From Clostridia bacterium (GTDB lineage Bacteria > Bacillota > Clostridia > Oscillospirales > QAMX01): a stretch of DNA of 53,315 nucleotides. The notes beneath the pieces were generated by a model. That model worked only from the letters and a program-made list of their open reading frames with translations. It had not been told where the DNA came from and searched no databases. The stretch lies in NCBI GenBank assembly GCA_017533425.1, contig JAFXIE010000109.1, forward strand, positions 1-53,315, read 5' to 3'. The translations under genes were made by a program, and so were the position numbers. Below, piece by piece: positions 33,615 to 42,815 of this stretch; the stretch's first letter is position 1, and every line of letters starts with the position of its first letter.

Positions 33615-34202
33615 ATGCGTACTGCTGAAATCCGCCGCGACACGGCGGAGACCCGCATCGCCCTCTCCCTGACGCTGGAGGGAAGCGGCACCGCCGGAAT
33701 TTCCACGGGCTGCGGCTTCTTTGACCATATGCTGACCCTCTTTGCCGCCCATGGCCGCTTTGATCTTGCGGTGGACTGCGACGGCGATATGGAAGTCGAT
33801 GCCCATCACACCGTGGAGGATGTGGGCATTTGCCTTGGCCGTGCCTTTGCCGAGGCGCTGGGCTCCAAGGCGGGCATCACCCGCTACGGCGATATCCTGC
33901 TGCCCATGGATGAGAGCCTGGTGGCGGTGGCGGTGGATATCTCCGGCCGCGGCGGCGCCTTTGTCTCCCTGCCCACACCGGCCTGCAAGGTGGGCGATTT
34001 TGACTGCGAGCTCGCCGAGGAATTCCTTGTGGCCTTCGCCCGGGAATCGGGCATCACCGTCCATGCGCGCCTGCTGTGCGGCGGCAATTCCCACCACATT
34101 CTGGAGGCGGCCTTCAAGGGCCTCGGCCGTGCGCTGAAGGCGGCGGTGGCGGAGGATGCCGCCCTTTGCGGCGGTCTGCCCTCCACCAAGGGAGTGCTGT
34201 AA
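33615..34202 (+). CDS. hisB: imidazoleglycerol-phosphate dehydratase
   Basis: RDTAETRI...GFFDHML...DAHHTVEDV...NSHHILEA. ATG 33615 is preferred because the RBS GGAGG lies 10 nt upstream; 33606 is also possible. Confidence 0.9.
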   Translation: MRTAEIRRDTAETRIALSLTLEGSGTAGISTGCGFFDHMLTLFAAHGRFDLAVDCDGDMEVDAHHTVEDVGICLGRAFAEALGSKAGITRYGDILLPMDESLVAVAVDISGRGGAFVSLPTPACKVGDFDCELAEEFLVAFARESGITVHARLLCGGNSHHILEAAFKGLGRALKAAVAEDAALCGGLPSTKGVL

Positions 34203-34820
34203 ATGGTCGGCATTGTGGATTACGGAGTGGGAAATCTCTTTTCCCTGCAGAGCTCCTTTGCCTACCTCGGCTTTGAAACGGCCGTTTCCGGCGATCCGGA
34301 GGTACTGCGCCGCTGCGGGCATATCATTCTGCCCGGTGTGGGCGCCTTCCGGGATGCGGCGGACAAGCTGCGCCGGACGGGGCTGGATGCATACATTCAG
34401 GAGGAGGCCGCGGCGGGAAAGCCCCTGCTCGGCATATGCCTGGGTATGCAGCTGCTTTTTGAAAAAAGCTATGAATACGGCGAGTGGCAGGGCCTTGGGC
34501 TCATTCCCGGCGCCGTACGGCCCATTGCCGAGGTCTGCGGCGAGGGGCTGAAAATTCCCCACATCGGCTGGAATGGGCTGGATTTCCCCGCGGAGCGGGA
34601 GAGATGCCCCCTGTTCCGGGAGCTTTCGCCGGGGGATGCGGTTTATTTTGTCCATTCCTACCATGCGACGGACTGCGGGGATTATATCACCGCCACTTCC
34701 GAATACGGCGCGCCGCTGACGGCTGCCGCCGCGAAAGAGAATGTCCTCGGCACCCAGTTTCATCCCGAAAAGAGCGGCGAGGTGGGGCTTTCCATCCTGA
34801 AGGCCTTCTGCCGGCTTTGA
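34203..34820 (+). CDS. hisH: imidazole glycerol phosphate synthase, glutamine amidotransferase subunit
   Basis: GICLGMQLL (catalytic Cys) and GTQFHPEKS. Confidence 0.95.
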   Translation: MVGIVDYGVGNLFSLQSSFAYLGFETAVSGDPEVLRRCGHIILPGVGAFRDAADKLRRTGLDAYIQEEAAAGKPLLGICLGMQLLFEKSYEYGEWQGLGLIPGAVRPIAEVCGEGLKIPHIGWNGLDFPAERERCPLFRELSPGDAVYFVHSYHATDCGDYITATSEYGAPLTAAAAKENVLGTQFHPEKSGEVGLSILKAFCRL

Positions 34821-34844
34821 TTCGAGAAAGGTTTTTATTAAAAA

Positions 34845-35579
34845 ATGCTGATTTTTCCTGCAATTGATATTTACGAGGGGCGGGTTGTGCGCCTGGAAAA
34901 GGGTGACTATGCCCGCATGACGGTCTACGGAGAGGATCCCGTCGCCAAGGCGGCGGAATTTGCGCAGAGCGGGGCGGAGTGGCTCCATCTGGTGGATCTG
35001 GAGGGTGCGCGCACCGGCGACACCCCCAATCTCCCGGTGATTGCCCGCATCGCCGCCGAAACCGGCATGAAAACCGAGGTGGGAGGCGGCATCCGCTCGG
35101 AGGAAACGGTGCGCCGTTATCTCGATGCGGGCGTATCCCGCGTCATCCTCGGCACGGCCGCCGTGCGTCAGCCGCGTTTTTTGGCGGATATGATCAACCG
35201 CTATGGGGAGCGCATCGCCGTCGGCGCCGACATCCGGGACGGATATGTGGCCGTCAGCGGCTGGACGGAGCAGGCGGAGCTTTCCTGTGAGGATTTCTTC
35301 CGCCGCATCTGCGATTTCGGCGGCTCCACCGTCATCTGTACCGATATTTCCCGGGACGGCATGCTCGGCGGGGCAAACCGCGGGCTTTATCGCGATCTGA
35401 TGCGAGAGTTCCAGGTGGATATCATTGCCTCCGGCGGCGTCTCCAGCCTGGAGGATGTGAAGGCCCTCGCGGAGATGGATATGTACGGCGCCATTCTCGG
35501 CCGCGCCCTGTATGAGGGTCGTGTGGATCTGGCCGAGGCCGTTCGCCTGGCGGATAAGCTCTCAAAGGAGAGAAAATGA
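34845..35579 (+). CDS. hisA: 1-(5-phosphoribosyl)-5-[(5-phosphoribosylamino)methylideneamino]imidazole-4-carboxamide isomerase
   Basis: IFPAIDIYEGRVVRL and GGGIRS motifs. Confidence 0.95.
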   Translation: MLIFPAIDIYEGRVVRLEKGDYARMTVYGEDPVAKAAEFAQSGAEWLHLVDLEGARTGDTPNLPVIARIAAETGMKTEVGGGIRSEETVRRYLDAGVSRVILGTAAVRQPRFLADMINRYGERIAVGADIRDGYVAVSGWTEQAELSCEDFFRRICDFGGSTVICTDISRDGMLGGANRGLYRDLMREFQVDIIASGGVSSLEDVKALAEMDMYGAILGRALYEGRVDLAEAVRLADKLSKERK

Positions 35580-35580
35580 T

Positions 35581-36342
35581 ATGATTTCCAAACGAATCAT
35601 CCCCTGTCTCGATGTGCGGGACGGCCGCGTGGTCAAGGGCGTGCGCTTTGAGGGCCTTGCGGATGTTTCCTCTCCGGTGGAGCTGGCAAAATATTACAGC
35701 AGCGCCGGGGCGGATGAGCTGGTTTTTTACGATATCACCGCCTCCGCCGAGGGGCGGGGCATCTTTACGGAAATTCTACGGGAAACGGCGCGCAATGTCT
35801 TCATTCCCCTGACGGTGGGCGGCGGCATCAACACCCTGGAGGATTTTGACCGGGTGCTCAAATGCGGCGCGGACAAGGTCAGCGTCAATTCCGGCGCCAT
35901 CCGGAATCCCGGGCTCATCGGCGAGGCCGCAAAGCGCTACGGCGACCAATGCGTGGTGCTTTCGGTGGATATCCGCCGGGTGGGGGAGAGCTGGCATGTC
36001 CATGCCAAGGGCGGCCGCGTGGATACCGGGCTGGATGCCATTGAATGGATCCGCCGCGGGGTGGCTGCCGGCGCGGGAGAGCTGGTCATCAACAGCATGG
36101 ATACCGACGGTGTGCGGGAAGGCTTTGACCTGCCCCTCCTGAAGGCCGTCTGCGAGGTGGCGGATGTGCCTGTCATTGCCTCCGGCGGCGCGGGCTGCAT
36201 GCAGGATTTCACCGAGCTTTTCCGGGCGGTGCCCGGGGTGGATGCGGGGCTCGCCGCCTCTATTTTCCACTTCGGCGAGGTGGACATCCGCGAACTGAAG
36301 GAAAAACTGCACGCCGACGGCATTCCCGTCCGGCGGAGATAG
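35581..36342 (+). CDS. hisF: imidazole glycerol phosphate synthase, cyclase subunit
   Basis: KRIIPCLDVRDGRVVKG and TVGGGI motifs. ATG at 35581, one nt after the hisA stop. Confidence 0.95.
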   Translation: MISKRIIPCLDVRDGRVVKGVRFEGLADVSSPVELAKYYSSAGADELVFYDITASAEGRGIFTEILRETARNVFIPLTVGGGINTLEDFDRVLKCGADKVSVNSGAIRNPGLIGEAAKRYGDQCVVLSVDIRRVGESWHVHAKGGRVDTGLDAIEWIRRGVAAGAGELVINSMDTDGVREGFDLPLLKAVCEVADVPVIASGGAGCMQDFTELFRAVPGVDAGLAASIFHFGEVDIRELKEKLHADGIPVRRR

Positions 36343-36355
36343 GAGCGAAGGAACA

Positions 36356-37006
36356 ATGATCGATCTTAACAGCCTGAAATTTGACGAAAAGGGTCTCATT
36401 CCCGCCATTGTGGTGGATGGGGAGAGCGGGCGCGTGCTCACCCTTGCCTATATGAACCGCGAAAGCCTGGAAATCAGCATCGCGGAGGGGCGCACCTGCT
36501 TCTGGTCCCGCTCCCGCAAGGAGCTGTGGCGCAAGGGGGAAACCTCCGGCAACATCCAGCATATCATCCGCATGGAGGCCGACTGCGACGGCGATGCCCT
36601 CACCGTCTATGTCCGCAAGGAGGGGCCGGCCTGCCATCTCGGAGGCGATTCCTGCTTTGCGCGGGAGCTTTGGCGCAACGAGGAGGAGGCGGAGCCCTTC
36701 TCCATCGATGGTCTCGCTGCCCTCATCGCCGAGCGCAAGACGGTGAAAAAAGAGGGCTCCTACACCAACTATCTCTTTGAGAAGGGCATTGACAAAATTC
36801 TCAAAAAGGTGGGAGAGGAGACCACCGAGGTCATCGTCGCCGGCAAGGGCGGCGACCGCGCCGAGACGGTCTATGAGATCGCCGACCTCGCCTATCACGT
36901 TCTCGTGCTCATGGCGCAGATGGATATCTCCTGTGATGAGGTGCGCCGCGAGCTGGCCTCCCGCCATGTCATCGAGCATAAGGTCAAGCAGGAAAAAATG
37001 AAATAA
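36356..37006 (+). CDS. hisIE: bifunctional phosphoribosyl-AMP cyclohydrolase / phosphoribosyl-ATP pyrophosphatase
   Basis: LIPAIVVD...WSRSRKELWRKGETSGN (HisI) plus SYTNYLFEKGIDKILKKVGEE (HisE). Confidence 0.95.
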   Translation: MIDLNSLKFDEKGLIPAIVVDGESGRVLTLAYMNRESLEISIAEGRTCFWSRSRKELWRKGETSGNIQHIIRMEADCDGDALTVYVRKEGPACHLGGDSCFARELWRNEEEAEPFSIDGLAALIAERKTVKKEGSYTNYLFEKGIDKILKKVGEETTEVIVAGKGGDRAETVYEIADLAYHVLVLMAQMDISCDEVRRELASRHVIEHKVKQEKMK

Positions 37007-37018
37007 AATAGACAGAAG

Positions 37019-37055
37019 CACCCCCGGAGAATTTGCCCCCGGGGGTGTTTGATTT
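37019..37055 (+). terminator. his operon terminator
   Basis: cacccccgg / ccgggggtg stem followed by tttgattt. Confidence 0.7.
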
Positions 37056-37071
37056 GCGTCCCCGACTGTCC
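37054..37071. repeat. direct repeat copy 1 (TTGCGTCCCCGACTGTCC)
   Basis: Matches 37367-37384 at 17 of 18 positions, 313 bp away. Confidence 0.8.
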
Positions 37072-37142
37072 AAAAGTAGGGGCGGCAATCTGCCGCCTGC
37101 TTTTCCAATAAATCGATATACGGATAACAAGAAGGGGCTTTC

Positions 37143-37168
37143 GTACCTTTCTTTCGGAAGAAAGGTAC
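37143..37168. repeat. perfect 11-bp-stem palindromic hairpin
   Basis: gtacctttctt-tcgg-aagaaaggtac. Confidence 0.85.
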
Positions 37169-37366
37169 CCCAAAGACCGCCAAAAGGAGGTGGGCTTACG
37201 CCCCCTCCCGAGGATGCCCACCCCCAGACGGATATATCGGCCAATCCCAGCCTCTTGACTCTGGCGCTATGGTACTTGACGGATAAGGCATTCGCCGGGG
37301 GACGGCAGTGCCTGTGCGGATACCACGAAACTTCGGATAGGCGAAATCGTTCTCTCATAGTAGGGA

Positions 37367-37384
37367 TTGCGTCCTCGACTGTCC
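37367..37384. repeat. direct repeat copy 2 (TTGCGTCCTCGACTGTCC)
   Basis: See copy 1 at 37054-37071. Confidence 0.8.
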
Positions 37385-37497
37385 GCACATCTTGCCTCTC
37401 CCCCTGGGAGAGGTGGCCGAGCGCAGCAAGGCCGGAGAGGGAAAAAGAGAGCCCTCTCAGTCGGCTTCGCCGACAGCTCTCCCGGAGGGAGAGCCAA

Positions 37498-37563
37498 GGC
37501 AATAAACGAAACCAATCCGGCCGGAAAGGACTGCTCCTTTCCGCGCCGCGGATTTTTATTGCC
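37498..37563. other. 66-nt nested stem-loop of unknown function
   Basis: Three nested pairings: ggcaataaa/tttattgcc, aatccg/cggatt and ggaaagga-ctgc-tcctttcc. No flanking T-run. Confidence 0.6.
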
Positions 37564-37604
37564 GGAGAAGAGGGAGGATTTGTGCAAGTCTTTTCCACAA
37601 CCGA

Positions 37605-37633
37605 TTGCCATCGGCGGGAAAGTATGCTACAAT
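37605..37633 (+). promoter_or_regulatory. promoter of galT-galK
   Basis: TTGCCA, 17 nt, TGcTACAAT (extended -10). Confidence 0.55.
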
Positions 37634-37663
37634 ATAGGGTATAAAGTATGGAGGTCAATAGCT

Positions 37664-38641
37664 ATGTCTGAACTTCGTTACCATCCCCTGATTGATGATT
37701 GGATCATGATCGCGGCGAGCCGCCAGGGTCGCCCCCAGATGCCCAAGGACTGGTGTCCCTTCTGCCCGGGCTCCGGCAAAGTGCCCGATCAGTTTGACGT
37801 TTTGAAATACGACAACGATTTCCCCGCCCTCTCCCAGGATGCGGAGGAACCCTCCGATGCGCTCTGCGGCCCCCTTTTCCGCAATGCGGAGGCGCACGGC
37901 AAGTGCGAGGTCATTCTCTACTCCCCGGAGCACACCGTCACCCTGCCGGAGCTGCCGGTGCCTCACATCCGCAAGCTGGTGGATCTCTGGTGCGACCGCT
38001 TTGCGGATATCTCCGCAGACCCCAAGGTGAAATATGTCTTCATCTTTGAAAACCGCGGTGCTGCGGTGGGTGTCACCATGCCCCATCCCCACGGCCAGAT
38101 CTACGGCTACCCCTGGGTGCCCAAGAAGATCGAGCTGGAGACGGAAAACTGCGCCAAGTACCACGCAAAGAACGGCCGCTGCCTCATCTGCGACATGCGC
38201 GCCGAGGAGGAGAAGGCGGGTGACCGCGTGGTCATCAAGAACGACAGCTTCACCGTCGTCCTGCCCTATTTCTGTGAGTATCCCTACGGCGTTTACGTCG
38301 TTTCCAATGCCCACAAGCAGTTTATCACCGACCTGACCGACAAGGAGCGCGACGACCTTGCCGCCATCCTGCGGGAAACCGCCGGCACCCTGGACAGCCT
38401 CTTTGGCTTTGCCTTCCCCTACATGATGTGCATGCATCAGGCGCCGGTCAACACCGATAAGGATTACAGCGAGAATTACCATTTCCACATTGAGTTCTTC
38501 CCGCCCATGCGCGCAGCGGACAAGATCAAGTACAATGCCTCCTCCGAGACGGGTGTCTGGGCGCACTGCAACCCCACCTCCCCCGAGGAAAAGGCCGAGG
38601 AGCTCCGCGCAGCCCACGAAAGATTCATGAAGGGTGAATGA
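37664..38641 (+). CDS. galT: galactose-1-phosphate uridylyltransferase (HIT superfamily type)
   Basis: CPFCPGS zinc motif and HPHGQIY (H-x-H-x-Q active site). ATG at 37664 with GGAGG 9 nt upstream. The 99-codon ORF-track extension through the repeat block is rejected. Confidence 0.9.
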   Translation: MSELRYHPLIDDWIMIAASRQGRPQMPKDWCPFCPGSGKVPDQFDVLKYDNDFPALSQDAEEPSDALCGPLFRNAEAHGKCEVILYSPEHTVTLPELPVPHIRKLVDLWCDRFADISADPKVKYVFIFENRGAAVGVTMPHPHGQIYGYPWVPKKIELETENCAKYHAKNGRCLICDMRAEEEKAGDRVVIKNDSFTVVLPYFCEYPYGVYVVSNAHKQFITDLTDKERDDLAAILRETAGTLDSLFGFAFPYMMCMHQAPVNTDKDYSENYHFHIEFFPPMRAADKIKYNASSETGVWAHCNPTSPEEKAEELRAAHERFMKGE

Positions 38642-38644
38642 GAA

Positions 38645-39829
38645 ATGATGAATTATAAAGCACTGGAAGAAAAATTCCTCCGCCTCTTCGGCGGCGACGC
38701 TGCGGATATCCGCGTCTTCTGCGCTCCCGGCCGCGTCAATCTCATCGGCGAGCATATCGATTACAACGGCGGCCGCGTGCTGCCCGCCGCCATCGAGCGG
38801 GAAAACTGCATCCTCTGCCGTCCCAATGCGGAGGGAAAATTCCGCCTCGCGGCGGACGATCTGGATCTTTTCGTGGTGGCCGATCCCGCAGAGCTGGAAA
38901 ACTACCGCGGCAAGGCCTGGGAATCCTATCCTCTCGGCATCGCCTGGGCGCTGAAAGAGGCCGGCTATGAGATCCGCGGCCTCGATATGCTCTACTGGGG
39001 CAATGTTCCCTTCGGCGCAGGCCTGTCCTCCTCCGCCTCCATCGAGGTGGCCACCGCCCTGTGCATGGCGGTGATGGGCGGCTGCGAGAATCCCGACCTG
39101 GTCAAGCTCTCCCTCATCAGCCAGAGATGCGAGAATGCCTTTGTGGGCGTCAACTGCGGCATCATGGATCAGTTTGCCTGCGCCATGGGCAAAAAGGATG
39201 CCTGCATCCGGCTGGACTGCGCCACCCTTGCCTATGATTACGCCCCTCTGAATCTCGGCGAGTACCGCATCGTCATCGGCAACACCAACAAAAAGCGTTC
39301 CCTGGCCGACTCCAAGTACAACGAGCGCCGCGGCGAGTGCGAGGCTGCCCTGGCCGACATTCAGAAGGCCGATCCCGCGATCAAGGCTCTCTGTGAGCTG
39401 ACGCCTGCCCGCTTTGCGGAGCTTGCGGCCAATATTTCCGATGAGACCTGCCGCCGCCGTGCCCTCCACTGCGTGGAGGAGAACGACCGCGTCAATCGCT
39501 CCTGCGAGTGCCTTGGTAAGGGGGATCTCGCGGAGTTCGGCCGCCTGCTCAATGCCTCCCATGCCTCTCTGAAGGATCTGTATGAGGTCACCGGCGCGGA
39601 GCTGGATGCCCTCGCGGAGACGGCGCAGAAGGCGGAGGGCTGCATCGGCAGCCGCATGACCGGCGCGGGCTTCGGCGGATGCACCGTCAGCCTCGTCCGG
39701 CAGGACTGCGTGGAAGGCTTTATCGCCTCCGTTGGCGCAAAATACACCGAAATGACCGGCCTTGTGGCGGATTTCTACGTTACCGGCGCTGCTGACGGCG
39801 CCCGCGAGATCACCGCCGAGGTTCGCTGA
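38645..39829 (+). CDS. galK: galactokinase
   Basis: APGRVNLIGEHIDYNGG signature and GAGLSSSAS (GHMP kinase motif). Confidence 0.95.
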   Translation: MMNYKALEEKFLRLFGGDAADIRVFCAPGRVNLIGEHIDYNGGRVLPAAIERENCILCRPNAEGKFRLAADDLDLFVVADPAELENYRGKAWESYPLGIAWALKEAGYEIRGLDMLYWGNVPFGAGLSSSASIEVATALCMAVMGGCENPDLVKLSLISQRCENAFVGVNCGIMDQFACAMGKKDACIRLDCATLAYDYAPLNLGEYRIVIGNTNKKRSLADSKYNERRGECEAALADIQKADPAIKALCELTPARFAELAANISDETCRRRALHCVEENDRVNRSCECLGKGDLAEFGRLLNASHASLKDLYEVTGAELDALAETAQKAEGCIGSRMTGAGFGGCTVSLVRQDCVEGFIASVGAKYTEMTGLVADFYVTGAADGAREITAEVR

Positions 39830-39853
39830 TTACATATTCTTTGGAGGAAGTCC

Positions 39854-40405
39854 ATGTCGTCTAAGGGTTATGTGCGCACCGAGAAGGATATGAAGCTTCT
39901 GGTGCTGTACGTTCTCAATCACGTGCAGGATGCGCTGCCGCTGGATGTCATTGTCTATGCGGTGACCACCGATCCTGCGGTGGAATATATGCCGCTGATG
40001 GTTGCCATCCGGGAAATGGTGGAGAGCGAACACATCCGCCTGCTTTCCGATGAGGGAAAGGAGCTTTACTGCATCTCCAACCTCGGCCGTCAGACGCTGG
40101 AGGCCTGCATCGATGAGATCCGGCCCTCCGTGCGCGCCAAGGCGGGCATTGCGGCGGTGACTTCCTGGCGGCATATGCGCAGCGGCTCCGGCATCACCAC
40201 TTCCACCCGCGAAATCGGGGACGGAAAGCTGGAGACAGTCATGTCCATGGTGGATGGCGACGAGACCCTGCTGGAGGTGCGGATGCTGACCGTCAGCCAT
40301 GAGCTGAGCGATTTTCTGGAGAATAACTTCCGCCGCGGCGGAGACAAGCTCTACAACCGCATTCTTGCGGCACTGCTTGATGAATACCGGGATAATGACC
40401 GATAA
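39854..40405 (+). CDS. DUF4364-family protein (predicted winged-helix regulator)
   Basis: 183 aa. The N-terminal KLLVLYVLNHV...PL pattern recalls DUF4364 proteins of Clostridia. Confidence 0.55.
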   Translation: MSSKGYVRTEKDMKLLVLYVLNHVQDALPLDVIVYAVTTDPAVEYMPLMVAIREMVESEHIRLLSDEGKELYCISNLGRQTLEACIDEIRPSVRAKAGIAAVTSWRHMRSGSGITTSTREIGDGKLETVMSMVDGDETLLEVRMLTVSHELSDFLENNFRRGGDKLYNRILAALLDEYRDNDR

Positions 40406-40417
40406 AAGGAAGAAATT

Positions 40418-41566
40418 ATGAAAAAAACAGCCTTTGTATGGATGCTTGTGCCGGCGCTTGCGCTGATGCTGCTTGCCGGCTGCGGTACGGACACCCCCGA
40501 TCCCAGCCTTCCCCCCGTGTCGGAATCTGTCGGGATGATCAGCTCGGCTCCCTCGGCAGAGCCGACGGATATCCCCGATGCGCCCACATCGGCGACTACC
40601 CCCGGGGCAACCCCCACTCCTGCGCCGGACAACTTCACCATGAAGGTGACGGAGGCTCCCGCTGTGGCAAATCCGCTGACCGGCCTTGCGGCGCAGCGCA
40701 CCGATGCCCGCCCCGTGGCGGTGATGATCAATAACATCAAAAAGGCTCTGCCCCAGCACGGCCTGAAGGATGCCGATATCCTCTATGAGATCCCGGCGGA
40801 GGGCGGCATCTCCCGCCTGCTTGCCATCTACAACGATGTCTCCAAGGTGGGAGTCATCGGCTCGGTGAGATCCTCAAGACCAATCTTTATCGATGTGGCC
40901 GCCTCCTATGATGCCGTGTATATCCATCACGGCGGCAGTCCGGAGGCCTATGAGATGCTCAATGCCGGCAAGGTTTACCATCTGGACGGCATCTATCTGG
41001 AGGGCTCTGTCTTCTACCGCGATGCAGCGCGCCGCAAGACCATGGGCTATGAGCACAGCTCCATGACCACCGGCGCGAAGATCACCGCAAAGCTGCTGAA
41101 ATCCCAGGTCCGCATGACGGCCAATGCCCCCGCCCCCGCCTTCCGCTTCAGCTACAATGATATTGTGCCGGCCGGAAATGCTGCGGAGAGCTTTACCGTC
41201 CGCACGGGAAATTACGAGGCAAGCTACGATTTCCTGCCGGAATACGGAACCTATATGCGCACCCAGCACGGCTGGTCCAGCGATGCCAACGGCACCGGCA
41301 AGCTGGATTTCCGCAATGTTTTCGTTCTGCAGATGAAGTACAGCGTCATCTCCGGCGATGCCAAGGGCCGCCTGAAGTTTGAAAACATCGGCAGCGGCAA
41401 GGGCTATTACATCACCAACGGAAAAATGCAGGAGATCACCTGGAAGTGGTCTGCCGCCAATGCCCGCATGAAGTATTACGCCGCCGACGGCTCGGAGCTT
41501 TCGGTCAACGCGGGCAAGAGCATGATCCATTTTGTTTCCTCGCTGGGCAATGTCAAGGTAAAATAG
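40418..41566 (+). CDS. DUF3048-domain lipoprotein (YerB-like)
   Basis: Lipobox LLAGC, a low-complexity linker, then NPLTGL...RPVAVMINN...ADILYEIPAEGGISRLLAIY. Confidence 0.8.
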   Translation: MKKTAFVWMLVPALALMLLAGCGTDTPDPSLPPVSESVGMISSAPSAEPTDIPDAPTSATTPGATPTPAPDNFTMKVTEAPAVANPLTGLAAQRTDARPVAVMINNIKKALPQHGLKDADILYEIPAEGGISRLLAIYNDVSKVGVIGSVRSSRPIFIDVAASYDAVYIHHGGSPEAYEMLNAGKVYHLDGIYLEGSVFYRDAARRKTMGYEHSSMTTGAKITAKLLKSQVRMTANAPAPAFRFSYNDIVPAGNAAESFTVRTGNYEASYDFLPEYGTYMRTQHGWSSDANGTGKLDFRNVFVLQMKYSVISGDAKGRLKFENIGSGKGYYITNGKMQEITWKWSAANARMKYYAADGSELSVNAGKSMIHFVSSLGNVKVK

Positions 41567-41616
41567 GCAGCGGAGCGGAAAGTCGTAAAAAATTTGTTAA
41601 GAGTTTGAAAGTTTTG

Positions 41617-41645
41617 TTGCACGTGGCTTTGTGCTGTGTTACAAT
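41617..41645 (+). promoter_or_regulatory. promoter of the 41678 gene
   Basis: TTGCAC, 17 nt, TGtTACAAT. Confidence 0.5.
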
Positions 41646-41677
41646 CACAGAAACCGATGATTAACGGAGGATGAATT

Positions 41678-42142
41678 ATGGAAGAAAAGAATGTTTCCCT
41701 CCTTACCGTGGAGGAGCTGGTGGCACTGCTGAAGGGCAATGCCGATGAGGATCGCAAGATCGAGGCCGAGGGTGAGCTCATCAAGCGCATCAAGGCCGGC
41801 GAGTGCGATGTTTCCGTGCTGGACGGAATTGAGCTTCCCTCCATGCGGGAGGAAGCCGAGGAGGAAGCGGAGGCAAAGCCGCAGTCGAATCCCTTCATCC
41901 TGCCCGGTGCCTATGCCTTCCCCTCTGTGGTGGCGCTCATTGTCATGCTGATGAGCGTGGTGGTCTTTGCGCTGAACCTGTATGCCCTCATCAGCGGCAA
42001 CTATTTCTCCGATCTGATGAGCGTTCTCTACTACGGCGTCACCGTGCTGCTGGTGGAGTTCGGCAAGGTCTTCCTGGTGGGTCTCGCCATCCATTTACTG
42101 ACCGATATTGCCTACAATACCGCCAAAGCCCGCAAAAAATAA
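41678..42142 (+). CDS. hypothetical membrane protein (acidic N-terminal domain, 2-3 TM helices)
   Basis: RBS GGAGG. Codon usage is native-like. No family recognised. Confidence 0.6.
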   Translation: MEEKNVSLLTVEELVALLKGNADEDRKIEAEGELIKRIKAGECDVSVLDGIELPSMREEAEEEAEAKPQSNPFILPGAYAFPSVVALIVMLMSVVVFALNLYALISGNYFSDLMSVLYYGVTVLLVEFGKVFLVGLAIHLLTDIAYNTAKARKK

Positions 42143-42153
42143 GAGATAACGCA

Positions 42154-42185
42154 ACCCGCGGGGTCGAAATTCCGATCCCGCGGGT
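42154..42185. terminator. 13-bp-stem hairpin after the 41678 gene
   Basis: acccgcggggtcg / cgatcccgcgggt. There is no T-run on the plus strand and an A-run follows it. Confidence 0.45.
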
Positions 42186-42214
42186 AAAAAATGACCAAAT
42201 ACTTGAAAAAAGTA

Positions 42215-42243
42215 TTGACAAACGGAGAGATATAGGGTATAAT
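42215..42243 (+). promoter_or_regulatory. consensus sigma-A promoter of rpmG-secE-nusG
   Basis: TTGACA, 17 nt, TATAAT. Confidence 0.75.
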
Positions 42244-42336
42244 ACAGGAACCTATCTAAGCGGGTTCTTTTTTTATGCCCGCAAATTTCCCCAAATGGGG
42301 GATAGGGAGGCAATTTTAACAAGGAGGTGCCGTTAC

Positions 42337-42486
42337 ATGAGAGTAAAGATTACCCTTGCCTGCACGGAGTGCAAACAGCGCAACTATGACACGATGAAGA
42401 ACAAGAAGAACGACCCCGACCGGCTGGAGATGAAGAAGTACTGCCGTTTCTGCCGCAAGCATACCCTTCACAGAGAAACGAAGTAA
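42337..42486 (+). CDS. rpmG: 50S ribosomal protein L33
   Basis: [49 protein letters not shown]. Confidence 0.95.
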   Translation: MRVKITLACTECKQRNYDTMKNKKNDPDRLEMKKYCRFCRKHTLHRETK

Positions 42487-42515
42487 TCTTTGTATTTGTG
42501 TAAAGGAGTAAGATT

Positions 42516-42779
42516 ATGTCGGAAAAGGAAACTGGCGCACTTAAGGCTCCCCTGAAGGCTGAAAAGCCCGCGAAGAAAGAGCCCAAGAAGCCCGGCAAGA
42601 TGAAAGCCAGATTTGCTGAGCTTAAAAGCGAGATCAAGAAGATCCGCTGGCCCGGCCCCAAGCAGGTTGTGAACAATACCCTCGTGGTTATTGCCACCGT
42701 TCTGCTGGTGGGTATCATCATTTGGCTGTTTGATTTCCTGGTTGGTCTGCTCAACACCGGTATCCACAACCTTCTGTAA
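42516..42779 (+). CDS. secE: preprotein translocase subunit SecE
   Basis: Basic N-terminus, EIKKIRWP motif, single C-terminal TM helix. Confidence 0.9.
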   Translation: MSEKETGALKAPLKAEKPAKKEPKKPGKMKARFAELKSEIKKIRWPGPKQVVNNTLVVIATVLLVGIIIWLFDFLVGLLNTGIHNLL

Positions 42780-42815
42780 TCACAGAGGTTCAAGGACTGC
42801 GGAGGAGAACAGAGA

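Noticed and set aside
33264-34988. 574-aa minus-strand ORF over hisC-hisB-hisH
   Set aside because: Antisense shadow of the his operon.
36984-37658. ORFs of 114-224 aa in the hisIE-galT spacer, and the 37367 start of the galT ORF
   Set aside because: The translations are Pro/Arg/Gly/Ser low complexity generated by GC-rich hairpin repeats. There are no RBSs, and galT has a proper RBS and start at 37664.
37655-39562. 635-aa minus-strand ORF over galT-galK
   Set aside because: Antisense shadow. galT and galK carry unambiguous active-site signatures on the plus strand.
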